Shown here piece by piece: positions 21,101-30,600 of a stretch of 64,000 nucleotides of DNA. Within the stretch, counting starts at the first letter, position 1. Every line of letters starts with the position of its first letter. Under the pieces are notes generated by a model that worked only from the letters and a program-made list of their open reading frames with translations, did not search any database and was not told the origin of the DNA. The position numbers and the translations under genes are program-made. The stretch covers positions 62,001-126,000 of the IMG/VR virus record IMGVR_UViG_3300036770_003943. One strand, written 5' to 3'.

Positions 21101-21878
21101 TTAATCCCCAAGCATAGAGATATCCAAGTGTACTAGTAACACTAGTGATACCAAACGTACTACCGTAGGCTGACTCTAAAGCACGCCATTTGAGTGTAGC
21201 TGTAGCAGGCTGAGCTAATTGACTGCTGCCATTACTTCCCCAAACAAATAATTTTCCATCACTTCTGATACCTGTAGTATGACTTGCTCCTACGCTGACT
21301 GTAGTCCAACTACCTGTGATTGCTACTGGACTGCTACGATTGGTTGTATCAGTTAAACCTAAATTATATGTACTATTATTTCCCCAGAGAAATAATCTGC
21401 CTGCTGTGTCAATAGCAGCACTGGTAAAAAGATTAGCATGGACCATAGTCCAGCTGCTGGTCCCTACTTGTACTGGACTTGAGTAAGTAATAGTGTCATT
21501 AAGACCTAGCTGTCCTGAGCCATTAGCTCCCCAAGCAAACAGACCCCCGTCACTGCGTATGGCTACTGTATGGCTGTCACCTGTTGCTACTGAGGTCCAA
21601 CTATCAGAACCTATTTGTACTGGACTAAAATAATTTGTTGTTGTGTTTAATCCTAGCAAACCTAGGTTTCTGTGATATCCCCAAGTCCACAAGGTTCCAT
21701 CGTTACGAATGGCCGTAGCGTGCCATCTACCTGATGATATTGAAGACCAACTTTGTGCTGTATTAACTAATGAAGGATCCCCAAGTTCGCCGCTATTATT
21801 GTTACCCCATACATAGAGGAATTTTTCAATCGTAGTGGTTGCTGATGGTGCTGGGAATGATAATACAATATCTAACAT
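15144..21878 (-). CDS. giant RCC1/BLIP-II repeat beta-propeller protein A (2244 aa)
   Basis: Dozens of WGxNxxGQLGLGDTTxRSSPVQVG..W..V.AG..H repeats. Confidence 0.9.
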   Translation of the reverse strand: MLDIVLSFPAPSATTTIEKFLYVWGNNNSGELGDPSLVNTAQSWSSISSGRWHATAIRNDGTLWTWGYHRNLGLLGLNTTTNYFSPVQIGSDSWTSVATGDSHTVAIRSDGGLFAWGANGSGQLGLNDTITYSSPVQVGTSSWTMVHANLFTSAAIDTAGRLFLWGNNSTYNLGLTDTTNRSSPVAITGSWTTVSVGASHTTGIRSDGKLFVWGSNGSSQLAQPATATLKWRALESAYGSTFGITSVTSTLGYLYAWGLNDQGQLGLGDTTNRSSPVQVGSDFYSTLSVGNKHVFAYYPMNAQFYVWGLNSSGQLGLGDTTNRSVPTAFGSVGEWLSNGVAAGNGFTFLLSASPNINAGGSGGKPNRLFVTGSGTNRANGLAGDSTSSPVMVQESGIIHATVEGQNVYSMILKENGEVWTLKNVSPALFASNFKQISAGRNHTLGIKNDGTLWAWSLNLQNSDGQLGDGTTVGTGKSSPIQIGTGNSWVSVSAGNLNSAAIRSDGALFVWGRNTTYGPLGLNDKTNRSSPVQLGTRSWAAISISDSTLAIDSAGALWAWGNNSSGQLGLANTTSISSPVQVGSDKWLSVATVNLTSAAIRADGGLFTWGKNSDGILGDGTTTDRSSPVQVGTGSWVQISIGGGNPSVVTALGIDSSGYAWAWGKNSIGELGLGDTVSRSSPVQIGTRKYKFAKAPFVPGDYYNCLIDEYNRLWAMGGGVARAYTEDRVYTTPTPNINTYNESWTAISTATSHSVGIRGGNLYTWGTSELNRNQPSVGGTIDYWKHVDAGDLQFLGVKNDGTVWYSNKDSPVLIKFDTGPLNFKKVMQHNAAYIGITEEGALYSWGTNNFGQLGLNDASTPTTPTRIGADKWRDFSIGGTEHTSNNRYTSGTGFGAVLAIRADGALFGWGNNVVGQLGLGDTTNRSSPTQIGTDSWISVGTMGISAAVRSDGGLFTWGKPGTGTSTTYGNRLADGTTTARSSPVQVGTDSWTAVYIGAAHSAAIRTDGSLYMWGCGKGGGLGDGNAYPYPSTPLNSPVLVSGGHTWKHVSLGQSNPRYSLVDFETHTIGTKTDGTMWAWGGRSVVPHFPVSSTTPVQITSFAAIGTQPTMKFASATRTHSTYGRPSMGLYLSESGVLWFTTQARATGREIEWALTATEPDISNPVIFGAFPAQSRPEGNYVPTPTRAYIGKNDNSSANSSNWLDGPRLDSVPTFTRAYTSKWQSFAIDSVGSLWGWGQSEYGQLLRNARTRRFVPQLLDDTKSWSMVGAFTARSTTDVNSIYTAVNGLTTDGKLWKWGYFYTPYYTGDDSGSYGQNITSPIQIGASSWTIVSTRFTDVANPRWAVGSDKIGYYWGYNISGSFGDGTSSGSTATATGLVGTVPTSVSSPVQLGTASWSAIASGFNHTIGVRTDGTLWSWGDNTNGKLGLNDTTARSTVTQVGTDTDWQKVSAGRHANYLIKTNSTAYHMGAGSYGQGAQGNTTANSNPTQISGSWTIIRQNALDINAKHTFGIKSDGLLYGWGWLESYGLSGNINDTGQLISGNAYWLPNLVGGNLTSTQTSPVKLGTETWQSASTGANHTLAIRSDGTLYAWGVNSSGQLGDGTSAVKSSPVQVGTSSWTAVSAGDAHSMAIRSDGGLFVWGNNGTGRLGDGTTTSRSSPVQIGTSSWTAVAAGGSHSVAVRKDGGLFAWGLNNIGQLGQANTTNLSSPVQVGTSSWTAVAAGSSHTAAIKSDGTLFAWGKNDSTQVAGPADIASFAAIGVQYDTIHVITTSGRLWGWSMFNSYNNLGLPITTTDRYSPNLIGTDSDWSKIISGQYQAFAIKTNGTLWGWGNNAAGQLGLGDTLSVSTPTQVPGSWSIVSISEGASTGSAIGIKSDGTLWTWGKNHKGQLGHNDTTDRLTPVQVGTDTDWIQVGSSDAANMAIKSDGTLWGMGYGVALGIGISSTSTNRSSPVQIGSSLGKSFTAVCGGAIGCMAALASTGELYYSGFTQTINNVNFQYTLSKLGTDSWTAIGYVGRLLLGIQPDGALYAWGRTQFGSIGNNTSSSNSPVQLAVGVSFTAVPKGHNAFTHFGVNGAITSTGKLYAWSNYNNLPMDGNLASSGTPAENTTITGPQPASYSSPVAVAGGGSWTAITAGNQHTAGIKTNSGLYTWGRNNYGQLGLGTTTNADAPTQVGSGSWTAVDAGTWHTVGVRSTGDLYAWGYNANGQLGDGTITTRSSPVQVGSDTDHLTASAGGAQTVTLKTI

Positions 21879-21965
21879 AATTTGGCTCCGATTTAGATTA
21901 ATAGTATTTAGCTAAATCGAAGCCATGTCAATTAAATTAAACTGTTTTTAGTGTAATTGTATGAG
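21846..21965. repeat. 120-bp identical block spanning gene B end, intergenic region and gene A start (copy 1; copy 2 at 27493-27612)
   Basis: Direct comparison, offset 5647. Confidence 0.9.
21884..21924 (-). promoter_or_regulatory. RBS-occluding hairpin with late promoter (CTAAATA, 21905-21911) in the loop
   Basis: Minus strand GGCTTCGATTTAG-15 nt-CTAAATCGGAGCC: 13-bp stem with one G-U; GGAG RBS is in the 3' arm. Confidence 0.75.
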
Positions 21966-24900
21966 TACCGCCAGCGCTGGCTGTCAAGTGGTCAATATCA
22001 CTACCTATCTGTACTGGACTGCTGCGAGTAGTAGTTGTTCCATCACCTAGTTGCCCATTGGCGTTGTAACCCCACGCATATAAACGGTTCGTACTTCTAA
22101 CTCCCACAGTATGCCAGTTACCAGCTTCAACAACAGTCCATGAACCAGTGCCAACTTGTACTGGACTACTAGTATCAACTAAATCATTGAGTCCTAGTTG
22201 TCCGTAGTTGTTTCGTCCCCAAGCATACAATAATTTATTTGTACGAATACCAGCTGTGTGCTGATTGCCTGCGGTGACTAAGGTCCAACTATCTGCTCCC
22301 ACTTGTACTGGGCTACTTAGGTTTGTTGTATTCGATAAGCCTAACTGTCCAACATTGTTTAATCCCCAAGCAAACAGGCCGCCATCACTGCGTACAGACA
22401 CAGTATGTGATGCACCGGCTGCTACTGAGGTCCAACTGTCTGCTCCCACTTGTACTGGGCTACTTAGGTTTGTTGTATTCGATAAGCCTAACTGTCCAAC
22501 ATTGTTTAATCCCCAAGCAAACAGGCCGCCGTCCTTGCGTACTGCTACACTATGACTGCCACCAGCTGCTACAGCAGTCCAACTATCTGCTCCCACTTGT
22601 ACTGGGCTACTACGAGATGTAGCTGTTCCGTCACCTAGTCTACCTGTGCCGTTATTACCCCACACAAAAAGACCGCCATCACTACGAATGGCTACAGTAT
22701 GAGCATCACCTGCTGATACTGCTGTCCAACTACTAGTGCCTATTTGTACTGGGCTACTACGAATAGTAGTATCACCAAGACCTAATTGACCGGAACTGTT
22801 TAATCCCCAAGCATACAATGTTCCATTTGTTCTGATAGCGACAGTATGATTAGCTCCAGCACTAGCTGCTTTCCAAACATCAGTTCCTAGCTTACTAGTC
22901 GACGAAGATGTAGTAGCAAGGGCTCCACCTACTTTGTTTGGTGTCGTATAAGCACTACCTGAGCTTAAAGTACCCACATCTGCAGGTTCTCCGCTTACAC
23001 CACCAGCACCAGTGCCTAGCCACCCCCAAGCATACATTAAATTATCAGACTGGATACCAAATGTGTATTCTCGAATAGGGGAATATCCTGCATCTTGACC
23101 TTTTACTAAAATCCAACTAGCAGAACCTAATTGTACTGGGCTGCTACGATTAGTTGTATCGCCCAATCCCAATTGGGCTTGATTGTTTGATCCCCATACA
23201 TATAAAGCTCCATCGGTGTTGATTGCCATAGTACCATATCCATTTGCGCTTAATTTTTGCCAATTTGTTAGGCCGCCCACCTGTGTTGGAGTTGAAACTG
23301 CTGTAGTATTACCCAATCCTAGTTGACCAGAACTGTTTGATCCCCAGGTATATAGTGTGCCATTAGATTTAATACCAACACTATGCGACATACCTGCTGC
23401 TACAGCAGTCCAGCTGTCTGTGCCAAATTGTACTGGACTAAGTTCACTAGTAGAAGCCACCCCAATTAAAGGAGATCTAGCACCAACGCTTGCTGTAACA
23501 TTTATACCTAATTCTCCAGAACCATTAGTTCCAAAGCCTTCAGCTACACCAGTTGTACCCAATAAAAATACAGTGCCCGTGTGGGACGAAGAAATCATAG
23601 TATAGCTGGATCCTGTTCCTAGTTGTATAGGACTAGTAGTGCCTCCGGCGTATTCTGTGGCAATGCCCATCATGCCATAACCCCTAGCTCCCCAAGCAAA
23701 TGCCTGGCCATCTGTTGTGATTCCAATGGCTGTGGGATGAGTATAAGGACTAGAAGATCTAGATCTTATATTAATTTTGCTAAATGTTTTATCTGCTTGC
23801 GTTATTTGAAAATGTGGGTAAGCATAATAAAAACTATTTCCCAGAACACCATAATTACCAGCCCGTCCTGTAATATAGGCTTTACCAGTCGAACTTAATG
23901 CCAATAAATTTTGTTTAGCAGCACTTACCATAGTAAAGCTAGTAGTATCATTAGGATCGAATATTAAATTAGTTCCGCCGAAAACACTTTGATCTTGAGT
24001 AGTTGCCATTGGATACATTCGTCTTGGACTAATGTTTTGCGTTCTAAAACCACCTAAAATTGTTGGACTTGATACTTCACTTTGCCTACTTTCATATGTA
24101 ATAATTCCAGCACGACCCATCCAATACGCATAACCGTTTGGCTCATGAAACACCACTTGTTCAACTTGGCCTTGTCCAGAAATGCTTCTAATTTGTGCTA
24201 GTACTGGGCTACCTACTATGTTAATTTGAACCGGTGTAGCACCATACGGACTACTACTTTGTAACCTAGACCCCCATGCCCATAGTGTATTATCGCTTTT
24301 TACAGCATAAGTCATATGGCCGTTACTGGTCCAGCCTGTTCTTGTTGCCTTGACCGCTACCCAACTATCGGAGCCTATTTGTACCGGGCTCGATCTAGCA
24401 GCACCTCCATCACCTAAAGCACTATCTCCCCACGTAAACAATGCTCCGTCTGATCTAATGGCTGCTGCGTGTCTTTCCATGATAGAAACCGCAGTCCATG
24501 TACTTGCTCCAACTTGAACTGGACTTGACCGAGTTGTTGTATCATTTATACCTAGTTGACCATGTCGATTATCACCCCAGGCCCATAATGTACCATTAGA
24601 TTGTAGAGCCATAGTCCCGAGAGCCATAGAAATCATAGTATAGCTGGCTGTACCTACTTGTACAGGACTACTTACTGACGAAGTATCTCCTAACCCTAAC
24701 TGTCCTTGACTGTTAGCTCCCCAAGTAAATAATGCTCCGTCTTTTCTGATCGCTGCTGATTGTTTTACCGGGGGGTAAGGATATCCTGTATCAAATGTAT
24801 TCCCCCCAGTATAAACTTTTTCCCAGTTGTCATTTCCTACTTGAACCATGGTAGCTTGAGAAGTTGTATTTCCTAAGCCTAATTGTCCTTGATCATTGTT

Positions 24901-27525
24901 TCCCCATGCCCACAGTTTATCATATTGATCGATGGCAAAATAATAATCGAACCAACCAGCTGCTATATATTTGAATGTTTTTCCTGGTGTTGATTTTTGT
25001 GTTAAAGGTTTATTACTATATGAAGCTTCCCATATAGTTCCATCACTTTTCAAACCCATAAAATACCAATAGGCGCCATTTATTCTACCAGTAAATTCAA
25101 TCTGTTTCCATCTTTCTAAACCGTCAGAAAATACTTCATAATTTTCGCCAGTAACTTTACTATTGCCCCATGCGTATAGTTTTGAGTCATATAAAGCTAA
25201 AGTTTTGTCGTTGGCAGCAGATATAGCTGTCCAAGATTTAGTGGCAATAGGCATAGGAAATCTACCATAAGTTGCCACAGTTGGGCTTGTCCATGTTCCT
25301 AATCGATAACTTCCTGTTATGTGCCCAGCTGTTCCCCAAGCATGTAAAACCCCGGTATGATCAATGGCATATCCACCGCACCTTGTAGCATCTTCAACAA
25401 ACACTGATTTGGCTGCTTTTTTCCAAGTTTTTGTACCGGCACTGCCAACTAATCTAGGACTACTACTAAAATCTACACTTTCGTCCCATCCTAAATTTTG
25501 TGCTGTAGAATCATTTAATCCCCATGCCCATAACTGTCCAGATGTATCTATAGCAAATCCTCCATATGGATTCGAACCTATAGACACCCAACTTCCACCT
25601 CCGCTGATAGATGTTGGACTACTAGTATTGGACGTACCGCCGTTGCCCAATCTTCTAAAAGATCCAGTACCCCACGACCATGCTGTCCAATCATTTCTTA
25701 GTGCTATTGTGTGTTGGGGGCCGCCCACAAACTCAAGCCATTTATCCGATCCTAGCTGTACTGGGCTACTCAGGTCGGTGGTGTTACCTAATCCTAATTG
25801 TCCGTAATTATTTCTACCCCAAGCAAATGTAGCACCATCATTTTTTAAAGCAAATACAATACTGCGATTTGCGTCAGCAACTATATTAGCATATATTTTA
25901 TTCCAATCCGTCCCTGCTCCTATTTGTACTGGGCTTGAAGCATTTGTAGCTGAATTGTTACCAATATCAGTACCTAATCCCCAACCCCATAATGTTCCAT
26001 TAGTCCTAACTCCCCAGGTATTACTGTCTCCTGCTGTAAAATCTCGCCACGAGCCTGCGAGTTGTGTAGGTGTGCTTACGTTACTACCTCCTAAGCCCAG
26101 TCTGCCTGTTGTGTTATCTCCCCAAACCCAAGCTGTTTCATCGTGCTTCAGTGCTGTGGCATGTAATTTCCCTAGTGATATTTTTTTCACATTTGTAAAG
26201 GCCGGAATTTGTGTTGGTACACTTCTATCAGTGGTATCACCTAAACCCAATTTACCATTTGTATTTTTACCCCATGCCCATACCGTCCCATCGCTGTGAA
26301 GAGCCATAGTATAATCTGTACTACCTTCTATGCTAACAAATCCTGGTTCACCTACTATGCTTGCCTTACTCATTGTTGATCCGCCAAGACCACTGGCCAT
26401 ACTGGTACCTGCTCCAAATGCCAACAACTGACCTAGACTATTTTTGGCTATAGTATAATTTTCGCCGCAGGTTACATCAGCAATTGTTTGTGTTATCGAA
26501 GCTACACTGGCCAAAGCAACCGGACTGCTACGATTGGTTGTGTCGGATAATCCTAACTGACCGCTGGAATTCAATCCCCAAGTATACAAAACGTTTCCGG
26601 CTAGCGCAGCCATAAATTGATTACCTACACGTACTTTTGTCCAGTTTGTATTTGATCCTACCTGCTGAGGTGTGCTATAAGAAGTAGTATTTCCTAACCC
26701 TAATTGTCCTGCGGCATTATTACCCCAAGTGTACAATTTTCCGTCATTGGTAATACCTATTGAACTTGCATAATTTGTAGATATTTCTGTCCAACTTAAT
26801 GTTGGGGGAGCAGGATACGCTGCTTGACCTCCTGCGTTGCTACCCCATGTAAATAGTGCGCCATCGCTGCGAATAGCCAAAGTATGATTAAATCCTGATG
26901 CTATAGCTGTCCAACTAGCAGTACCAACTTGTACTGGACTACTACGATTAGTTGTGTCTCCCAAACCAAGTTGCCCTTGATCATTTAATCCCCAAGTAAA
27001 CAGGCCGCCGTCGGCTCTAATAGCCATAACTGAATTTTTTCTACCATTGGATGCCACTGCTGTCCAACTACTAGTGCCAATCTGTACTGGGCTACTAAAA
27101 CTTGAAGAGCCGGATGTACCTTGTCCCAATTGACCATGAAGGTTATTTCCGCCCCAAGCCCATAATGTACCATCATTTCTAATAGCAATGAACCATGTCC
27201 CTGATGCTGACCCTGTGCCTGAGCCTACACCGCCTCCTGTTATAGCAGTCCAACTACTAGTGCCTATTTGTACTGGACTGTTACGACTAGTAGTAGTTCC
27301 ATCACCTAGGCCACCGTTGCTACCATTTCCCCAGGTCCATAATGTACCGTCTGTTTTAATTGCTGCTGCTACTTGGTTTCCTAGTGCTACAGCAGTCCAG
27401 CTTTGTGCTGTATTAATTATACTAGGATCACCTAACTGACCATAGCGATTAGATCCCCATACATACATGAACTTTTCTATAGTTGTAGCCGCTGGTGCTG
27501 GGAATGATAATACAATATCTAACAT
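21937..27525 (-). CDS. giant RCC1/BLIP-II repeat beta-propeller protein B (1862 aa)
   Basis: Same repeats; same MLDIVLSFPAP N-terminus. Confidence 0.9.
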   Translation of the reverse strand: MLDIVLSFPAPAATTIEKFMYVWGSNRYGQLGDPSIINTAQSWTAVALGNQVAAAIKTDGTLWTWGNGSNGGLGDGTTTSRNSPVQIGTSSWTAITGGGVGSGTGSASGTWFIAIRNDGTLWAWGGNNLHGQLGQGTSGSSSFSSPVQIGTSSWTAVASNGRKNSVMAIRADGGLFTWGLNDQGQLGLGDTTNRSSPVQVGTASWTAIASGFNHTLAIRSDGALFTWGSNAGGQAAYPAPPTLSWTEISTNYASSIGITNDGKLYTWGNNAAGQLGLGNTTSYSTPQQVGSNTNWTKVRVGNQFMAALAGNVLYTWGLNSSGQLGLSDTTNRSSPVALASVASITQTIADVTCGENYTIAKNSLGQLLAFGAGTSMASGLGGSTMSKASIVGEPGFVSIEGSTDYTMALHSDGTVWAWGKNTNGKLGLGDTTDRSVPTQIPAFTNVKKISLGKLHATALKHDETAWVWGDNTTGRLGLGGSNVSTPTQLAGSWRDFTAGDSNTWGVRTNGTLWGWGLGTDIGNNSATNASSPVQIGAGTDWNKIYANIVADANRSIVFALKNDGATFAWGRNNYGQLGLGNTTDLSSPVQLGSDKWLEFVGGPQHTIALRNDWTAWSWGTGSFRRLGNGGTSNTSSPTSISGGGSWVSIGSNPYGGFAIDTSGQLWAWGLNDSTAQNLGWDESVDFSSSPRLVGSAGTKTWKKAAKSVFVEDATRCGGYAIDHTGVLHAWGTAGHITGSYRLGTWTSPTVATYGRFPMPIATKSWTAISAANDKTLALYDSKLYAWGNSKVTGENYEVFSDGLERWKQIEFTGRINGAYWYFMGLKSDGTIWEASYSNKPLTQKSTPGKTFKYIAAGWFDYYFAIDQYDKLWAWGNNDQGQLGLGNTTSQATMVQVGNDNWEKVYTGGNTFDTGYPYPPVKQSAAIRKDGALFTWGANSQGQLGLGDTSSVSSPVQVGTASYTMISMALGTMALQSNGTLWAWGDNRHGQLGINDTTTRSSPVQVGASTWTAVSIMERHAAAIRSDGALFTWGDSALGDGGAARSSPVQIGSDSWVAVKATRTGWTSNGHMTYAVKSDNTLWAWGSRLQSSSPYGATPVQINIVGSPVLAQIRSISGQGQVEQVVFHEPNGYAYWMGRAGIITYESRQSEVSSPTILGGFRTQNISPRRMYPMATTQDQSVFGGTNLIFDPNDTTSFTMVSAAKQNLLALSSTGKAYITGRAGNYGVLGNSFYYAYPHFQITQADKTFSKINIRSRSSSPYTHPTAIGITTDGQAFAWGARGYGMMGIATEYAGGTTSPIQLGTGSSYTMISSSHTGTVFLLGTTGVAEGFGTNGSGELGINVTASVGARSPLIGVASTSELSPVQFGTDSWTAVAAGMSHSVGIKSNGTLYTWGSNSSGQLGLGNTTAVSTPTQVGGLTNWQKLSANGYGTMAINTDGALYVWGSNNQAQLGLGDTTNRSSPVQLGSASWILVKGQDAGYSPIREYTFGIQSDNLMYAWGWLGTGAGGVSGEPADVGTLSSGSAYTTPNKVGGALATTSSSTSKLGTDVWKAASAGANHTVAIRTNGTLYAWGLNSSGQLGLGDTTIRSSPVQIGTSSWTAVSAGDAHTVAIRSDGGLFVWGNNGTGRLGDGTATSRSSPVQVGADSWTAVAAGGSHSVAVRKDGGLFAWGLNNVGQLGLSNTTNLSSPVQVGADSWTSVAAGASHTVSVRSDGGLFAWGLNNVGQLGLSNTTNLSSPVQVGADSWTLVTAGNQHTAGIRTNKLLYAWGRNNYGQLGLNDLVDTSSPVQVGTGSWTVVEAGNWHTVGVRSTNRLYAWGYNANGQLGDGTTTTRSSPVQIGSDIDHLTASAGGTHTITLKTV
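22292..22530. repeat. tandem duplication of one RCC1 blade: 92-bp identical copies at 22292-22383 and 22439-22530 (period 147 nt = 49 aa)
   Basis: Direct comparison. Confidence 0.85.
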
Positions 27526-27612
27526 AATTTGGCTCCGATTTAGATTAATAGTATTTAGCTAAATCGAAGCCATGTCAATTAAATTAAACTGTTTTTAGTG
27601 TAATTGTATGAG
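27493..27612. repeat. 120-bp identical block (copy 2 of 21846-21965)
   Basis: Direct comparison. Confidence 0.9.
27531..27571 (-). promoter_or_regulatory. RBS-occluding hairpin with late promoter in the loop (identical to 21884-21924)
   Basis: Identical sequence; TAAATA at 27552-27557. Confidence 0.75.
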
Positions 27613-30600
27613 CACCGCCAGCACTAGCTGTCAAGTGGTCAATATCACTACCTATCTGTACTGGACTGCTGCGAGTATCCACTGTTCCATCACCAAGCTG
27701 GCCGTCATAGTTATATCCCCAAGCATAGAGTGCTCCTGTACTTCTAACTCCCACAGTATGCCAAGTACCAGCTTCGACAGCAGTCCATGAACCAGTGCCA
27801 ACTTGTGCTGGACTACTAGTATCAACTAAATCATTGAGTCCTAGTTGTCCGTAGTTGTTTCGTCCCCAAGCATATAAAATACTGTTTTTGGTAATGCCGG
27901 CTGTGTGCTGATTGCCTGCGGTGACTAAGGTCCAACTATCTGCTCCCACTTGTACTGGACTACTACGAGATGTAGTTGTTCCATCACCTAGTCTACCTGT
28001 GCCGTTATTACCCCATGCAAATAGTGCGCCATCACTACGAATAGCTACATTATGAGATCCACCAGCCGCAATTGCTGTCCAACTATCTGTACCTATTTGT
28101 ACTGGACTTGAACGAACAGTTGTATTACCTTGCCCTAGTTGTCCTGAAGTGTTTATACCCCAAGCAAAAAGACTGCCGTCACTACGTAAAGCTAAACTAT
28201 GGGTTCCGCCTGCCGAAATTGCTGTCCAACTACTAGTGCCTATTTGTACTGGGCTACTACGAGATGTAGCTGTTCCGTCACCTAGTCTACCTGAGCCGTT
28301 ATTACCCCAAGTAAACAGTCCGCCATCACTACGAATAGCCATGCTGTGAGCATCACCTGCTGATACTGCTGTCCAACTACTAGTGCCTACTTGTACTGGA
28401 CTTGAAAGATATGTTGTATTACCTTGTCCTAATTGTCCTGAACTATTATTACCCCAAGTAAACAGTGTGCCATCACTGCGAATGGCTAGGGTATGACTAG
28501 CACCAGCACTAGCTGCTATCCACGTGTCTGATCCTAATTTTATCGGGGTTTTTATAACAGACAGAGAATTTCCAACTAAGTTAGGTAATGTGTAAACAGC
28601 ACCACCTTGTAATTGTCCTAGGTCAGATGTGTTTCCGCTTAATCCATATGATTCTAACCAACCCCATCCATATAATAGGCCGTCTGATTTAATACCAAAA
28701 ACATTTTTAACGTTAGTCCGTAGTGGGTTTACTTTCATCATCGTCCAACTACCTGGAATTTGAGTAGGAGTGCTATTACTACTTTCATTTCCTATCCCCG
28801 ATTGGCCGTAAGTGCCTTGCCCTACATGATAGGCTGTGCCATTAGTTTTGATTAGATAATTTGCGTTTCTACCTGCTGATACTTTTTGCCAATCTGTATC
28901 TGTACCTATTTGTGTTATTAGGGATCTTGCTGTGGTATCACCTAATCCTAACTTCCCGTTAGTATTGTCTCCCCAACCCCACAATGTGCCATTAGTTTTG
29001 ATGCCTAATGTATGATTAACACCTGCCGAAACTGTGGTCCAACTAGCTGTACCCAACTGTTCTGGAGTTGTAGCTCGTGAAAGAGATAATGCTGTAATAG
29101 TTCCGATTCCGCTTGTAGATGTGCTGTTGTTAGTGCCCAATTGTCCGTAATTGTTGTATCCCCAATAATGACCAATTTTGTCTGTAGATATGGCCCACCT
29201 ACTGGCATAGTTTGAAAAATTAAATCTAGTACCAACTGCTAGCCAACTTTGACTTGAGCCGATTTGAACAGGACTCGAACTAGGATGCAGGGGTGCTGAT
29301 GTGCCATCACCTGTAAAATTATTCGCGCGGAGCCACCCCCATCTCCACAATTTTCCATCTGTAGTTATTCCATTTACACCAACGGCTCGACCATAACCAG
29401 CGGTATTGGAAGACGTAAATCCACCTATCATAGACCAGCTCTTAGTTGTATCAATTTGTTGAGGGATAAAGTAACGATAATACTCGTATGCAGGTTTAAA
29501 TAATTCACTTCCGTAACTACTGCCCCACCCCCATAGACTTCCTGCGTTATCAATAGCAAAACATTGCCATAATGATGCGTAAGCACGAGTAAAAGTAGGT
29601 ACACTATCCAATCGCGGGCCATCGGGCCAATTCCAAACGAAACTGGCACTATTGTCATTTTTGCCAATATAAGCTCTGGTGGGTGTTGGAACATAATTTC
29701 CGTCTGGCCTTGATTGAGCAGGGAACGCACCAAAAATTACAGGATTTGAAATAACATTATTGCCACCGGTGTCCCATTCAGTCTCTCTGCCAGTTGCTCT
29801 TTGTTGACTGTTAAACCATAACACACCAGACTCTGACAGATATAAACCCATAGCCTCGGCATCATAACCGCTATTTGTCCTTGATATACTAGCAAATTTC
29901 ATAGTTGGTTGTGTTCCAATAGCAGCAAATGATGTAATTTGTACTGGGGTTGTACTAGCTCCACTAGGAAACCATGATTGTTCTCCTCTCGCGCCCCATA
30001 TCCAAATTGTACCATCTGTTTTAGTACCAACAGTTCGTGTTCCAAAACTAGTATTGCTATATCTCCAATTCGACTGACCAAGACTTACATGTTTCCAAGT
30101 ATGTCCCCCAGCAACTAAAACTGGACTGCTAGTATTAGTCGTTGTTCCGTCACCCAAACCTCCAAGACGATTTAAGCCCCACATATATAAGGAACCATCA
30201 GTTCTAATAGCTGCCGAATGTGCTGCCCCTATGTACACTGCAGTCCAACTGTCTGTACCTACCTGTACTGGACTGCTACGAGCTGTAGTAGTTCCGTCAC
30301 CTAATTGATTGCCAGTACTGGCAGTAACTTTAGGTTTACCCCAAGTAAATAGTCCGCCGTCACTACGAACAGCAGCACTAATGCCCATAGTACCTACCGA
30401 AATCCAGCTATCCGTGCCGATTTGTGTTGGACTTGAGCGATTAGTTGTATCTCCTAATCCTAATTGTCCGACAACATTATTTCCCCACCCAAACAGTGCT
30501 CCGTCTGCTCTAATAGCTAAAACTGCGCCGTAACCAGTACCCGAAACATGAAAACTAACATCATTATGTTCTGTACCACCTATACTAAAGTCACGCCATT

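Noticed and set aside
21846-27612. CRISPR-like or att-site interpretation of the 120-bp repeats
   Set aside because: Only two copies, spanning paralogue ends; explained by tandem gene duplication; no cas or integrase gene
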